Source of the DNA: a virus
Taxonomy: Duplodnaviria; Caudoviricetes
Length of the DNA: 64,000 nt
IMG/VR virus record: IMGVR_UViG_3300032212_000003
Span: 11,633 to 75,632 of that record
Strand: one strand, 5' to 3'
Within the stretch, counting starts at the first letter, position 1. Each line of letters begins with the position of its first letter. This document shows positions 19,613-29,605 of the stretch, piece by piece. A model generated the notes under the pieces. The model searched no databases. It had not been told where the DNA came from and saw nothing but the letters and a program-made list of their open reading frames with translations. Both the position numbers and the translations under genes were made by a program.

Positions 19613-19951
19613 TTACTCCAAGTTTAATTCATATTGCTCTACTTCAAGTACACCAAACATATCTAAATTTTCGTTTGGCATATCAGGCCAATAGTGGTTA
19701 GACTTGGCCTCATTTATTCTATAGGAAATTATTTCTAGATTACTCTCACAGTGTAGACCACATACGTAATTATGGTTTATTGGTACTATATGGTCCACCA
19801 CTACATTAAAACCTGCCTGATTCATGGAATCCCTTTTAAGGTACAGCTCACAAATTTTATCTATATTGGCCCACTTTGGAGTAGCCATCCTTATATTCCT
19901 ATGCCTCCTAAGCTCCTTGCTTATAAATCCATCCTTGGCCCCGGCCTTCAT
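19613..19951 (-). CDS. HNH endonuclease family protein
   Basis: ATPKWA...VDHIVPI...VCGLH..SNLEII...NEAKSN. Confidence 0.85.
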   Translation of the reverse strand: MKAGAKDGFISKELRRHRNIRMATPKWANIDKICELYLKRDSMNQAGFNVVVDHIVPINHNYVCGLHCESNLEIISYRINEAKSNHYWPDMPNENLDMFGVLEVEQYELNLE

Positions 19952-20109
19952 TACTCTGGCACCTCTATGGTTACCTTTATTTCATGGGGAGGAGTAGACG
20001 GCATATCTTCTTTATGAATATACAAAGAATCAACAGAACGTTGTGAGGACTTGTACATATGTTTGTTCTTTGTAGATTTTTCCAATTGCATGGTTACATT
20101 TAATTGCAT
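19951..20109 (-). CDS. Small hypothetical protein (52 aa, not in the ORF track)
   Basis: RBS GGAG; MQLNVTMQLEKSTKNKHMYK...SLYIHKEDMPSTPPHEIKVTIEVPE; stop overlaps the next ATG. Confidence 0.7.
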   Translation of the reverse strand: MQLNVTMQLEKSTKNKHMYKSSQRSVDSLYIHKEDMPSTPPHEIKVTIEVPE

Positions 20110-20122
20110 AATTTTCTCCAGT

Positions 20123-20473
20123 TTATTTGTCGGCTCTGTCGTTTGCCTGGTCGTTAGAGTAGCTACCTTTATGATAGCGCTTTGATAGTTTATTTATATT
20201 GTGCTGAATAACTTCCTGCCTGGATATTTCAAGACCCTGCCTGAGCCCTTCCATGTAAAACTCCAAATCTCCCAGCTCCTCCACCACATTTACCCTATCA
20301 AGTGGCTTCTTGTATATCACATACTTTTTAATGGCGTCAAGAAGCTCTCCTGATTCACCAGATATACCCACCGCCATATGAAGAGCATGCGCTTCCTCGG
20401 CTGACATAGTATCTGCTATTTCCTGCCCGGGCTTAGCAAGTGCAGCTACCATCGATTTAAATTTACTTCTCAT
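20123..20473 (-). CDS. MazG-like nucleotide pyrophosphohydrolase
   Basis: GISGESGELLDAIKK...EELGDLEFY...NINKLSKRY. Confidence 0.9.
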   Translation of the reverse strand: MRSKFKSMVAALAKPGQEIADTMSAEEAHALHMAVGISGESGELLDAIKKYVIYKKPLDRVNVVEELGDLEFYMEGLRQGLEISRQEVIQHNINKLSKRYHKGSYSNDQANDRADK

Positions 20474-20712
20474 TGTTTTCTCCAGTTGGTTACATATTTG
20501 TGAACTACTTTGTGCAGTCCGTTGTTAAAAAATCTCCTCCAGAGATATCCTCTAACAAGAGATATTGCAGTGAACATGGCCGTTACCCAAAACCCCGATA
20601 TTGCCGGAACACTTGGAAAAACGTACATCTCATACACTGTCCAAGAAATTAAAAATCCGGTAGTCATGTCTGCAAGTCTTTCTATTATAGATTCAACTCT
20701 GGATTGATTCAT
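20470..20712 (-). CDS. Small two-TM membrane protein
   Basis: QSRVESIIE...FTAISLVRGYLWRRFFN; translationally coupled to neighbours. Confidence 0.7.
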   Translation of the reverse strand: MNQSRVESIIERLADMTTGFLISWTVYEMYVFPSVPAISGFWVTAMFTAISLVRGYLWRRFFNNGLHKVVHKYVTNWRKQ

Positions 20713-20714
20713 TT

Positions 20715-21578
20715 TTATACTGCCATTTCTAATTTAATGGCGGGATGAGACTCATATCCGTACACTGCAAAGTCATCCACCGTTACCCAAGTTTCTAAAT
20801 CCTCTAATGTTTTTATGTCAGGATTTATATTCATGGTAGGAAGTTTCATAGGCTCTCTTTTAAGCATCTCATGAACACCCATTAAATGATTTTCATATAT
20901 ATGAACATCTGTAAGGAAATGATTAAAAACACCTGCCTTAAGTCCTGTGATTTGTGCCATTACCATCAGTAGCCATGAATAGCCTACAATATTGAATGGT
21001 ACACCCAATGCCATATCACAACTTCTTTGATACATGGTTAAATGTAAATAACCACCTTGAATACTAAATTGATAAAGTAGATGACATGGAGGCAACGACA
21101 TCTTATCTATATCTCCAGGATTCCAATGAGTTACAATTTCACGGCGATTATCCTTACCTGCTTTGAGATCTTCATATACATTTTTTAATTGATCGATGGA
21201 GTTAGTTATATCATCCATAGAATTAAACCAAGGTTGCTCCCAATCTCTTGCCTGAACCCCGTAAATTCTACCCAGGTCATCTAGACCTTCACGATTAGGG
21301 TTACTCAACCATTGCTTATTTTCATTTGCATTCTGGTCCCATACATCGCAACCCAACTTACGAAAATCTTCAGCATTGTCATAACCACGTAAGAACCCAA
21401 GCATTTCAGCTACGGCCTTTTTCCAGTAAGTCTTTTTGAGTGTGACCATAGGGAAGCCCTTAGCCATATCAAACTGCATGTGTGCACCTATGATACCGAT
21501 GGTGTCAACACCTGTTCGGTTATTTTTTCTGACGCCATTATCTAGTGTCTTTTTAAGCAAGTTTTTGTATTGTTTCAT
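20715..21578 (-). CDS. thyA: Thymidylate synthase
   Basis: RTGVDT, catalytic LPPCH, YQRSCD, GVPFN, HIYENH. Confidence 0.97.
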   Translation of the reverse strand: MKQYKNLLKKTLDNGVRKNNRTGVDTIGIIGAHMQFDMAKGFPMVTLKKTYWKKAVAEMLGFLRGYDNAEDFRKLGCDVWDQNANENKQWLSNPNREGLDDLGRIYGVQARDWEQPWFNSMDDITNSIDQLKNVYEDLKAGKDNRREIVTHWNPGDIDKMSLPPCHLLYQFSIQGGYLHLTMYQRSCDMALGVPFNIVGYSWLLMVMAQITGLKAGVFNHFLTDVHIYENHLMGVHEMLKREPMKLPTMNINPDIKTLEDLETWVTVDDFAVYGYESHPAIKLEMAV

Positions 21579-21610
21579 ATTACCTTTCCTATTTTATATT
21601 TTATTTAAGT

Positions 21611-21823
21611 TTAAAGTTCTACAGTAACACTGGCACCTACTACTACCTTTTCTTTAGTTCCTATAAGGCTAGTTTTATCAGCTAGATGTATAGTAATGTC
21701 ACTAGGATATATTCCAGTTTCAGAGTTAAATTTATCAAATTCTATAGATAATAACTTTGCTATGTTAATCTCTAAAATAAATTTTCGTTCTCTTATTTCT
21801 TGAATATTCATATCAATATCCAA
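21611..21823 (-). CDS. Hypothetical protein
   Basis: ORF packed within the operon. Confidence 0.6.
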   Translation of the reverse strand: MDIDMNIQEIRERKFILEINIAKLLSIEFDKFNSETGIYPSDITIHLADKTSLIGTKEKVVVGASVTVEL

Positions 21824-22172
21824 GTCTATGTCTTAAATCTGTAAGAACTTCAGTCATAACAGGAGATAACATTCCAGATATAATAACTCCAGAAGAAGCC
21901 CCTATAAATTTCTGCAATTCTTCACTTACATAAGCCTGAGATTCTTCTTTCCATTGACGACTAGAAGTTATATCATCAATAAAAGACTTTGCAACATTCT
22001 TATACTCTTCAGTAATAAGTTCCATTACAATTTTAGGCGCTACCTCATTTTTAAATTTATGTAGCTGGGCGTCTACAATTTTATGCCACTCCCCTTCCGG
22101 CATTAAGTCTACCAACTCCGAGCCAACACGCTCAGCTATTCTTTCGTTTAGTGTTTGTAATTCTGAACTCAT
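21813..22172 (-). CDS. Hypothetical protein
   Basis: ORF with RBS, overlapping its neighbours. Confidence 0.7.
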   Translation of the reverse strand: MSSELQTLNERIAERVGSELVDLMPEGEWHKIVDAQLHKFKNEVAPKIVMELITEEYKNVAKSFIDDITSSRQWKEESQAYVSEELQKFIGASSGVIISGMLSPVMTEVLTDLRHRLGY

Positions 22173-22483
22173 AAAAATTCTCCCATGTTTACTATACCGT
22201 ATGTAACTTGTTTTTTGTCTATGTCCTGAACTCCTACCATTACAACTCCTTTAGGTAATTTCATATTTATTAAATTATCCATTACCTGTGACACCGCCTG
22301 ATCTGAATTAAATGTACCAAACTCTTGTTGAAGTTCTTCCAGCTTCTCGATGTAACTATCATCTAAATAATCCACAGTTATAGACCTCATAAATACATAA
22401 TATGATTTGGAATCATCAAGATTAAGCTGTTTTACAATTGAGTTTGTTTCTTCTGGTGTTGCAAGTTCCACTATACTTCTCAT
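22169..22483 (-). CDS. Hypothetical protein
   Basis: RBS GGAGA; coupled stop/start. Confidence 0.7.
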   Translation of the reverse strand: MRSIVELATPEETNSIVKQLNLDDSKSYYVFMRSITVDYLDDSYIEKLEELQQEFGTFNSDQAVSQVMDNLINMKLPKGVVMVGVQDIDKKQVTYGIVNMGEFL

Positions 22484-22499
22484 AGTATATCTCCAGTTT

Positions 22500-23414
22500 T
22501 TATTGTGCTTTTATATCATCCAACAAAGATCTTACAGATTCCCAGTTATCATATACGCTGGTTAGAACTTCTCTGGTCTCATTTTGAAGTTTCATTACAT
22601 CTTCCCACATATCGTAATCAATATATTGCTCTATTTCTTGAGTAATTAATTTTTCTAATACTGACGGTTCTAGCGCGTCAAGTTCCCATGAACTACGGCC
22701 ATATTTTTTAATGTATTCTTTTGCTCTACTGTCCTTTAGCTTTGCAGGATTAGTTGGTGGACGGTATTGTTCTACTTGATCCATATTAAGAGCAATTCGT
22801 GAAATTTCAACTCCGCTTCCATCAGTAAACAAATCGATACGGTCTATATTGTCACGGGTCATATCTATGCCACTAGGATCATGGTCACCTAAATGAATTA
22901 AACGACAGTGCTTACCTTCATCTAATTTTTCTTGAAAACGTTGACCTGCCCTCCATGCTTCTGACGCGGATAAGTAACCCTTACATGCCAGGTGAGGAAC
23001 TAATAACGGACCACAAGCACGTTCTACTACATTTCCTAATGCTTCTTTTTCTACCCACACTTCTACATAAGTGTCTTGTCGTGCCCATTGATCGTAGCGA
23101 ATGAACCGCGGTAAGTCTTTAACTGGACTGGTCTCATCTTCGTCATACCAAAAACTATTATGCTGGCGGTTGCGGTCCTCTATTGCCTGCCATGATATCA
23201 AACCGGCTAAACGTGCTTTGGTAATTACACTACCTAGATTTTTATAGGATCGTTCAGTGTTCTCTATTAAGTCCCTAGCAACAAATTGATAATATAGTTG
23301 TCGTAACGTTAACGTATAACCTGCAGAATAATATTCGTCGATAATATCATTAGCTTTGTCAACTAACTGCAATGAGGCTTGTTTTGGATTCCAGTTTATA
23401 TATTGTATTTTCAT
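22500..23414 (-). CDS. Spo11/Topo VI-A-like Toprim protein (Mini-A-like)
   Basis: Winged-helix motif TLRQLYY, Toprim motifs VEKEA and GDHDPSG. Confidence 0.75.
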   Translation of the reverse strand: MKIQYINWNPKQASLQLVDKANDIIDEYYSAGYTLTLRQLYYQFVARDLIENTERSYKNLGSVITKARLAGLISWQAIEDRNRQHNSFWYDEDETSPVKDLPRFIRYDQWARQDTYVEVWVEKEALGNVVERACGPLLVPHLACKGYLSASEAWRAGQRFQEKLDEGKHCRLIHLGDHDPSGIDMTRDNIDRIDLFTDGSGVEISRIALNMDQVEQYRPPTNPAKLKDSRAKEYIKKYGRSSWELDALEPSVLEKLITQEIEQYIDYDMWEDVMKLQNETREVLTSVYDNWESVRSLLDDIKAQ

Positions 23415-23683
23415 TTCTTTACTTCCACTATTATTTTAACTTCTCCGTATTTTAATTCAGTAACTAATTTTTTGTCTTTAACTAAGATTTTCCCATCCTT
23501 GTCTTTAACATAAACTAAAATAGTACCTTCGTCAGAGTCAGCGGTTATAACTCCAGTTATAGGCTCCCCATTAAATTCTATACGACAAAGATTACTATAA
23601 TGACAATAGTCTTTATCGTTAGGGTCTCCTGAAACTCTGGTAACTATATTAGGCGGCATCATTTTGGTATCTTTGCTATTCAC
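23411..23683 (-). CDS. Hypothetical protein
   Basis: Coupled to both neighbours. Confidence 0.65.
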   Translation of the reverse strand: MNSKDTKMMPPNIVTRVSGDPNDKDYCHYSNLCRIEFNGEPITGVITADSDEGTILVYVKDKDGKILVKDKKLVTELKYGEVKIIVEVKK

Positions 23684-25854
23684 TACATTTCTCCTAAATC
23701 AATTACATTTCCAGCAGATAATTCTTCCAAGTCAGAATGGGTGCTGTATATTATTTGCATACCTGTACCCATCAAAGTACTTACCAATCGAGTAGAGTTT
23801 TCCACCGACATATCAGAGCTGGGCTCGTCAAGTACCATGAAAGAACTGCTTCCATATAGAGCTTTTGCTAGTCCTATCCTTACACCTACTCCCATGAAAG
23901 ATTTCTGAGCACCAGAGGCGCAGGTCACGGCCCGGTCAACACCGTTCTCAATAAACCTGAACTTACCCTTCTGGTCACGAATCACTCCCTCTATCTCATC
24001 GTTGGTGCAAGTCCTACAGAAGGTTGAAGCGTAGCCAAGAATTCGGTCCCAGATAGATTTAAGAAACCTGCTTCGTGAATCTCTAAGGTACTTAACCAGC
24101 TCAGTGGTAGTCGCTAAAGTTTTCTGATTATTTAAAAGGGATTCATTTTCTTTTGAAAACCTTTCAATCTTTTCAACGATGGAATTATATTCTGCCAGGT
24201 CAGACGACATACTAATCTCAGCATTTGAAAGTTTGTTTCTTATGTCGGTTACAGTGTCCTGAACTGCATAGGCGTCCTTGTCTACTTTATCAAGTTCTAT
24301 CTTAAGTTCCGACTCGTCAATTACCTTTTCAGATATGGCCGATATCTTAGTAGTAAGGTTGGACTTGTCCTCAACCGCCTTATCTAATTTTCTTTTTGCG
24401 TCCAAGTACTCAGTCATTAATGTGGCGGCATTTTGTTTTTTAGCCCTAAGGTCATCAACCTCTGACTGGGATTCTGCTATGTCCTTTTCAAGTTCCTTAA
24501 TGATCTCCTGCGTAGGAAGCTCTTTTTCTACCCTTTCCATTATAAGCAGCATAGTTTCCTTGGTATCCTCTACTCCTAAACTTTCAGGTGGGCATTTTTC
24601 AGCAGACTGTAACTGAGAAAATAATTTCTGAACTTCTTTTTTAAGTCCAGAATGACGATCTTCTACAACTTGAAGTTCCACTTTTAGGTTTTTTATATTA
24701 CCTTCTACCTTAGCTAAAATTTCTGAGTACTCTTCTTCACTTCCAAAGGGACGGTTGCAAGCGGTGCAAGTACTTTCTGGCAATACTATTTCTTTTATTT
24801 GTGTATCTAAAACTAAAAACTCTTCTCTGCATTTTTCAGTTTCTGCTATCTTTTCGTCGTAGGACTTTTGTAACTTTGCGGTGAGTTCTTTCCATTTCAA
24901 CTCTTCCTTAAGTTGTACTTCGTAGTCTTCAGTTAGCCATCCCTCTGCCTTATTATAGTCTTCCAGATCTTGAATCATTGTAGACAGGTCGGATTTAGCT
25001 TCTAAAATAAGTTCTGATATCTCGTTTATTTCAGAGGTATATTCTGTAGGATCTTTAGGCTTAACCTTAGCCTTATCTTCTACTAGAGTTATGGTATTTA
25101 CAGCAGTAGCTAACTCGACCTTGCATTGATTAACGACTGTAGTTGCCTGCTTACTTTTTCTTATTTTTTCTTTAAGTGATTCTTTAGTATTTACCAGCTC
25201 TATAAGATTTGCTGTGGATACAGAATTCTTTTCTTTAAGGTCTTTAATAACTAACTTAAGATTCTCTACTTTTGCATTTAGAATTATTGATTCACTCTTT
25301 AATTCGGTAGTAGGTAAAAGCTCTTTACCTTCAACCTTACCTCTAAGCATAGTAGCATCGGTGCCGGCCAGTTTTACAACCTTATCAATGACAGTTACAT
25401 CCGCTATAAGCTCTACCATCTTTTGAAGTTCCGCAGCCCCTATGGTTAGAAGCCCTGCAGTTTCGCCCTGATCTGAAAAGTGCAGCATGTTGTAATTGGC
25501 TACCGATATTCCAAACTCTTGATCAAGGTAGGCATTGCAAGCGGTATGGCCTGTAGCCAATACTTTGTCTTTAGAGTATATATTGCAATCGTTTACAGAT
25601 CTTACGATCTTTAGGTCTCCTAATTTTACACATACCTCAGGTTTTCCTTTTACGTCCCAAGTTGCTATGTCATCTTTACCGCCTGGTATTCCCTGAATAC
25701 CTTGAAGAGCAAATTTAATAGCATTAAGGGTGGTAGATTTTCCAGACCAGTTAGGGCCGCGAAGGACATTTAGACCAGATCCAAATTTAACTTCTTTGTC
25801 TTGTATCTTTTTAAAGTTATGAGTAACTAATTCACTTAACATCTTAGTCTCCAA
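23683..25854 (-). CDS. Rad50/SbcC-like SMC ATPase (gp46-like)
   Basis: Walker A GPNWSGKST, coiled coil with zinc hook CTAC, signature ASGAQ, Walker B VLDEP. Confidence 0.95.
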   Translation of the reverse strand: METKMLSELVTHNFKKIQDKEVKFGSGLNVLRGPNWSGKSTTLNAIKFALQGIQGIPGGKDDIATWDVKGKPEVCVKLGDLKIVRSVNDCNIYSKDKVLATGHTACNAYLDQEFGISVANYNMLHFSDQGETAGLLTIGAAELQKMVELIADVTVIDKVVKLAGTDATMLRGKVEGKELLPTTELKSESIILNAKVENLKLVIKDLKEKNSVSTANLIELVNTKESLKEKIRKSKQATTVVNQCKVELATAVNTITLVEDKAKVKPKDPTEYTSEINEISELILEAKSDLSTMIQDLEDYNKAEGWLTEDYEVQLKEELKWKELTAKLQKSYDEKIAETEKCREEFLVLDTQIKEIVLPESTCTACNRPFGSEEEYSEILAKVEGNIKNLKVELQVVEDRHSGLKKEVQKLFSQLQSAEKCPPESLGVEDTKETMLLIMERVEKELPTQEIIKELEKDIAESQSEVDDLRAKKQNAATLMTEYLDAKRKLDKAVEDKSNLTTKISAISEKVIDESELKIELDKVDKDAYAVQDTVTDIRNKLSNAEISMSSDLAEYNSIVEKIERFSKENESLLNNQKTLATTTELVKYLRDSRSRFLKSIWDRILGYASTFCRTCTNDEIEGVIRDQKGKFRFIENGVDRAVTCASGAQKSFMGVGVRIGLAKALYGSSSFMVLDEPSSDMSVENSTRLVSTLMGTGMQIIYSTHSDLEELSAGNVIDLGEM

Positions 25855-26056
25855 TTTTTAACACGTAAGTTATATAAGGCCCATCTCTGGTAACTGAAAC
25901 TAAAGTCTTATCTGAGCAATCTTCTACACCTACATCAGGAACTATCTTATAGGCGTTAACTAAAGTAATAATAGATGACAGCAGTACTAAGCCAATTGCC
26001 ACTCCGGTTAGAAAGGTACTACTAGAATCTATCATTTTATTGTGTTCGTATTTCAT
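25844..26056 (-). CDS. Small membrane protein
   Basis: One TM helix; lies between the Rad50 and Mre11 genes. Confidence 0.55.
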   Translation of the reverse strand: MKYEHNKMIDSSSTFLTGVAIGLVLLSSIITLVNAYKIVPDVGVEDCSDKTLVSVTRDGPYITYVLKIGD

Positions 26057-26065
26057 TTTAATTCC

Positions 26066-27130
26066 TTATAATTTACCTAAGTAACTTTCCCATAATTTTT
26101 TCATATCTTCATCGTCTTTCAACTCTTCAGTTATATGGGCTGGTAAATCATCTATTTCAGTTAAGCCAATCTCTTCAATATCATCTTGTTCAATTGGCTT
26201 TAAATTATTTCTAATCATATAAGCTTGAGGATTGGCTTCCCAAACCTTTACCATAAAGTCAGCGACACCTGCATATTCTTCAACGCTAAGGGTACCTTGT
26301 ACTTCAATAAACTGAGCCTCAGTCTTAAAGTCATTTACTTCTTCAGGTAGTGAGTTAAAAGAAAGTAATTTAAATCCTGTCTCTTCTTCCCAGATAAGTT
26401 CCTTTTGTATTTCATCGTGCTCATCTATATACCATACAAACTTATCGCTGATATCAGAGAATGAAGTAGGGTGGGTATTGCCTACTATTATCAATCTTCC
26501 ATCTTTAAGTACTCGTGACTCGTGCTCATGACCAATAAATACATAATCGAAACGTTCCAGTAATTGGTCTGCAGCTTCTGAAGTAAGGTTAAGTGAAATT
26601 TCATTGTCAGCAAATCCGCACTCGTAATTGCAATGTAAAATAACTATCTCAAGTGTATCCTCTTCAGCTGGCTCATCTAGCAAAATTCCAATGGTTTCAT
26701 CGAATAAAGATTGGCTAGATTGGTGAGGGACTGAAAATACCCGGCCAGCGTTGTTTTTATTAAATTTATTATTAAAGTACAAAGACTGCCCCACACAAGG
26801 TGTCAGTATATTGCCTTTTGAACGTAACGCTTCGTTAACTACTTCAAGTGATGACACAGTACCTTCTCTATTGGGGACATCGTGATTACCTCCCAATACT
26901 AAATCACACTGACTGGCTACCTTATAACCTTGCATTATAGTAACTTCATCATTGTGAGACTTGTCAAACAGATCTCCAAGGCAAAGAGTTTGTCCAGCAG
27001 TTATACTACATGCTACCTGATCAGCCGCAGAGTACAGAGCCATCTTCAAAGCAGCCCTACTCTTAGTTGTTGTATGTGCTCTTCTGTCTAATCCAATATG
27101 GGGATCAGAGAACAATCCAAATTTATGCAT
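26066..27130 (-). CDS. Mre11/SbcD-like nuclease (gp47-like)
   Basis: Metallophosphoesterase motifs SDPHIG, GDLFD, GNHD, GHEH. Confidence 0.93.
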   Translation of the reverse strand: MHKFGLFSDPHIGLDRRAHTTTKSRAALKMALYSAADQVACSITAGQTLCLGDLFDKSHNDEVTIMQGYKVASQCDLVLGGNHDVPNREGTVSSLEVVNEALRSKGNILTPCVGQSLYFNNKFNKNNAGRVFSVPHQSSQSLFDETIGILLDEPAEEDTLEIVILHCNYECGFADNEISLNLTSEAADQLLERFDYVFIGHEHESRVLKDGRLIIVGNTHPTSFSDISDKFVWYIDEHDEIQKELIWEEETGFKLLSFNSLPEEVNDFKTEAQFIEVQGTLSVEEYAGVADFMVKVWEANPQAYMIRNNLKPIEQDDIEEIGLTEIDDLPAHITEELKDDEDMKKLWESYLGKL

Positions 27131-27199
27131 TTAATTTCTCCTGAAATATGGCTGAGTCTTTATTAACTCAATAGTAATTTCTTTCTTTTCTTTCTTTTC

Positions 27200-27216
27200 T
27201 TAGGACCGCGTCCGAA
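27200..27216. promoter_or_regulatory. Isolated copy of the GGAC-N3-GTCC palindrome upstream of the Mre11/Rad50 genes
   Basis: TTAGGAC-CGC-GTCCGAA in the ligase-Mre11 intergenic region. Confidence 0.7.
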
Positions 27217-27259
27217 TATTTTTCTGAAACTCCAGTCCCACCATAACCCTGCTTGGTAA

Positions 27260-28411
27260 TTATACACCAACGTATTCTTTAAATCTTAAAGCCACCGGAT
27301 GGAATGGGACACCGTCAGGCGTTAAGTTTGGAAACTTTATAGTCAACTGCTGACCAATATATTTTTCTTTGTTGAGTAGAATTTCCTGCTTGTTTAAGAA
27401 AGTACCTGGCGCAGTAACTGAGAAGGGTAGTCCTTTTTCAGTTCCTAAATGACAAATAGCAACTCGTATTTTATTTTCTACCCCGGTGACTCCATCCACT
27501 TGAATATACGGCTCTGCTTCTGAAATATCCAGAACCTCGTACTCAGCATCCTTCTCTGCTTTAAGCTTAAGCAAATTATTGGATCTCTCACCGACCTCAT
27601 AGCCGCCGTCTCCTAGGCGAAGCATAGCTCCCTCATAACCTTGAGCAACAAATTTATCAAACCATTTCCACGCCTCTTCAACTGAGCTTACAGGGTGGCG
27701 CTCAATTGGAACCAATACGCCGGAGGTATCATCAGTATGAAAGCGATCAATAAAGCGCTCCTGGTAGGATTTATTTAAATCAAATGAATCATAAACATAA
27801 TATTTTATTAGCTTACTATCAGGTTGCTTCTTTTTAACTAGAGAGCTTATATCTTGCAACGGTAGTCCGTGACGGTATAGTTCACCATCCAGATACTCTC
27901 CAACTTCCAGAGTGTCCATCAACTCCTCTTCCATGTGATCCATAGTTTTTATAACCTTACCTTCTTTGGAATACTGTAAGATGCCTTCTTTGATACGTAC
28001 AGTCTTGCATCGATGCCCGTCCAGTTTTGGCGATACTTCTGAGAAACCTGAACAGTCAATGTTTTTAATTTTCTCAATGCGCTTGGCGAGCATTGGAAGC
28101 GGCTGTCTAAGTTGGTTTGTATGGAACGGACCAACATCTTCAACACTATACTTGTACCCACCATCTAACTGACTGGAAATCTCGCTAGTAACTTCTGAGA
28201 TAGCTTGCCCATAGGGAGTGGTTTCATTAGCTTTTCCAATGTTCTTCCCCTTCTTAATTAGTTTCTTTTTTATGATGGGTTTTCCATCTAACTTTTTAGA
28301 GAAAGTTCTAGTAATAATTCCAAATCCTTCCACAGATTCAGAAGCCTGTATCTGCCAATAACCCATTCCTGATTTACTTCTCTTATATAACTTAACTGGC
28401 TTTGTGTTCAT
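27260..28411 (-). CDS. ATP-dependent DNA ligase
   Basis: Motif I PKLDGHRC, LDGELY, EGAMLR, LLKLK, C-terminal OB fold. Confidence 0.95.
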   Translation of the reverse strand: MNTKPVKLYKRSKSGMGYWQIQASESVEGFGIITRTFSKKLDGKPIIKKKLIKKGKNIGKANETTPYGQAISEVTSEISSQLDGGYKYSVEDVGPFHTNQLRQPLPMLAKRIEKIKNIDCSGFSEVSPKLDGHRCKTVRIKEGILQYSKEGKVIKTMDHMEEELMDTLEVGEYLDGELYRHGLPLQDISSLVKKKQPDSKLIKYYVYDSFDLNKSYQERFIDRFHTDDTSGVLVPIERHPVSSVEEAWKWFDKFVAQGYEGAMLRLGDGGYEVGERSNNLLKLKAEKDAEYEVLDISEAEPYIQVDGVTGVENKIRVAICHLGTEKGLPFSVTAPGTFLNKQEILLNKEKYIGQQLTIKFPNLTPDGVPFHPVALRFKEYVGV

Positions 28412-28429
28412 TTAAATTCTCCTTAAATT

Positions 28430-28774
28430 TTATGCTACTGTATTTAACATCATGTAACTAGGTGATTTGGATATAGACAATTGCGCTGAAGTCACCCACT
28501 TAAGTTTGCTTCTTTTTATTGTCTCATCTCTAATGGTCTTAGATATAGAAGGGGGGCATACAAGTTTATCATCTCCGACCATATAGCATGCGGGTTGTTT
28601 GGGTAGTGAATGCTCAGCCCATTTATCAAACTGCTTTACCCACTCTACTCCCATTATGTCTTTGGTAAGATTGGTAAGCTGATAGTTCTCAATGCAAGTT
28701 GGGCTTTCTATAACTTTTATAGATCCGAACTCGAATTGAGGATTTATAAAATAATCATTAAATAAGTTTCTCAT
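28430..28774 (-). CDS. Hypothetical protein
   Basis: ORF within the operon. Confidence 0.6.
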   Translation of the reverse strand: MRNLFNDYFINPQFEFGSIKVIESPTCIENYQLTNLTKDIMGVEWVKQFDKWAEHSLPKQPACYMVGDDKLVCPPSISKTIRDETIKRSKLKWVTSAQLSISKSPSYMMLNTVA

Positions 28775-29304
28775 AACATACCTACTTCATCATCTTGATA
28801 GTCTTCTACTTTTGTGTAAGTAGAGTTATGTAAAAATTGTATTATACTTTCTATGCAATTCTCTAACTCAACTTTAGATAAGTCAAAAACTTTAATTACA
28901 TTATCTTTTACCAGTGGCTTACCTATACTTCTGGCATGTACAATATCTCTTCCGTCCCACAGTTCTATTATATTTTCTTTTTCAGAGTAGAAAACGAATA
29001 CGCTGGGATTGTTTGATAGATGCCATCTCTTATGCCACCCATATTGAGAATCTCTAACCATGCTGGACATACAAGACCTGAAGCTCTTATGCTTAAGGCT
29101 GGCTTTAAGCTCTATAAGTCCAGCCCCAAATCCAATCAATAACATATACTCTCCCGGTTGTGCAGGTATTAAACCTCTTGAACTTCTGCTGTCGGGAAAA
29201 CTGTAAAACATTCGTCCTCTTTTTGAGCACATCTTTTTAAATATATAAGAACACTGATCTTCAAACCACTTACCTATATCTTTTTCTTTTTTACTTTTTG
29301 CCAT
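28771..29304 (-). CDS. RecU-like Holliday junction resolvase (PD-D/ExK)
   Basis: GKWFE...QPGEY...IELKAS...Q; catalytic Asp position reads E, so activity is uncertain. Confidence 0.65.
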   Translation of the reverse strand: MAKSKKEKDIGKWFEDQCSYIFKKMCSKRGRMFYSFPDSRSSRGLIPAQPGEYMLLIGFGAGLIELKASLKHKSFRSCMSSMVRDSQYGWHKRWHLSNNPSVFVFYSEKENIIELWDGRDIVHARSIGKPLVKDNVIKVFDLSKVELENCIESIIQFLHNSTYTKVEDYQDDEVGML

Positions 29305-29320
29305 AATAAGTCTCCCAATA

Positions 29321-29578
29321 TTAAGGTTTGTTTATCCATTCCATAGTAGAATGATAGGACTCCCAAAAGGTAGTTAAATCGGTTACTTTTCTGTCAACAT
29401 ACAGTCCAATGGCTCCATCCCTAACCGGCATTTTCTTTCCACAAAAGAATCTATTAACAGGATCTCCAAACCATATGTCTATGTTTAAATTTCTAGAAAC
29501 TACTTCAAGTATGTCCATGTCCATATCATCTTTGTTGAAGTTAGTTACAAATGATTTCCTATCTATAGTATTTTTCAT
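29321..29578 (-). CDS. Hypothetical protein
   Basis: ORF within the operon. Confidence 0.6.
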   Translation of the reverse strand: MKNTIDRKSFVTNFNKDDMDMDILEVVSRNLNIDIWFGDPVNRFFCGKKMPVRDGAIGLYVDRKVTDLTTFWESYHSTMEWINKP

Positions 29579-29605
29579 TTTTAAATTTCTCAGTTGATTT
29601 ATTTT

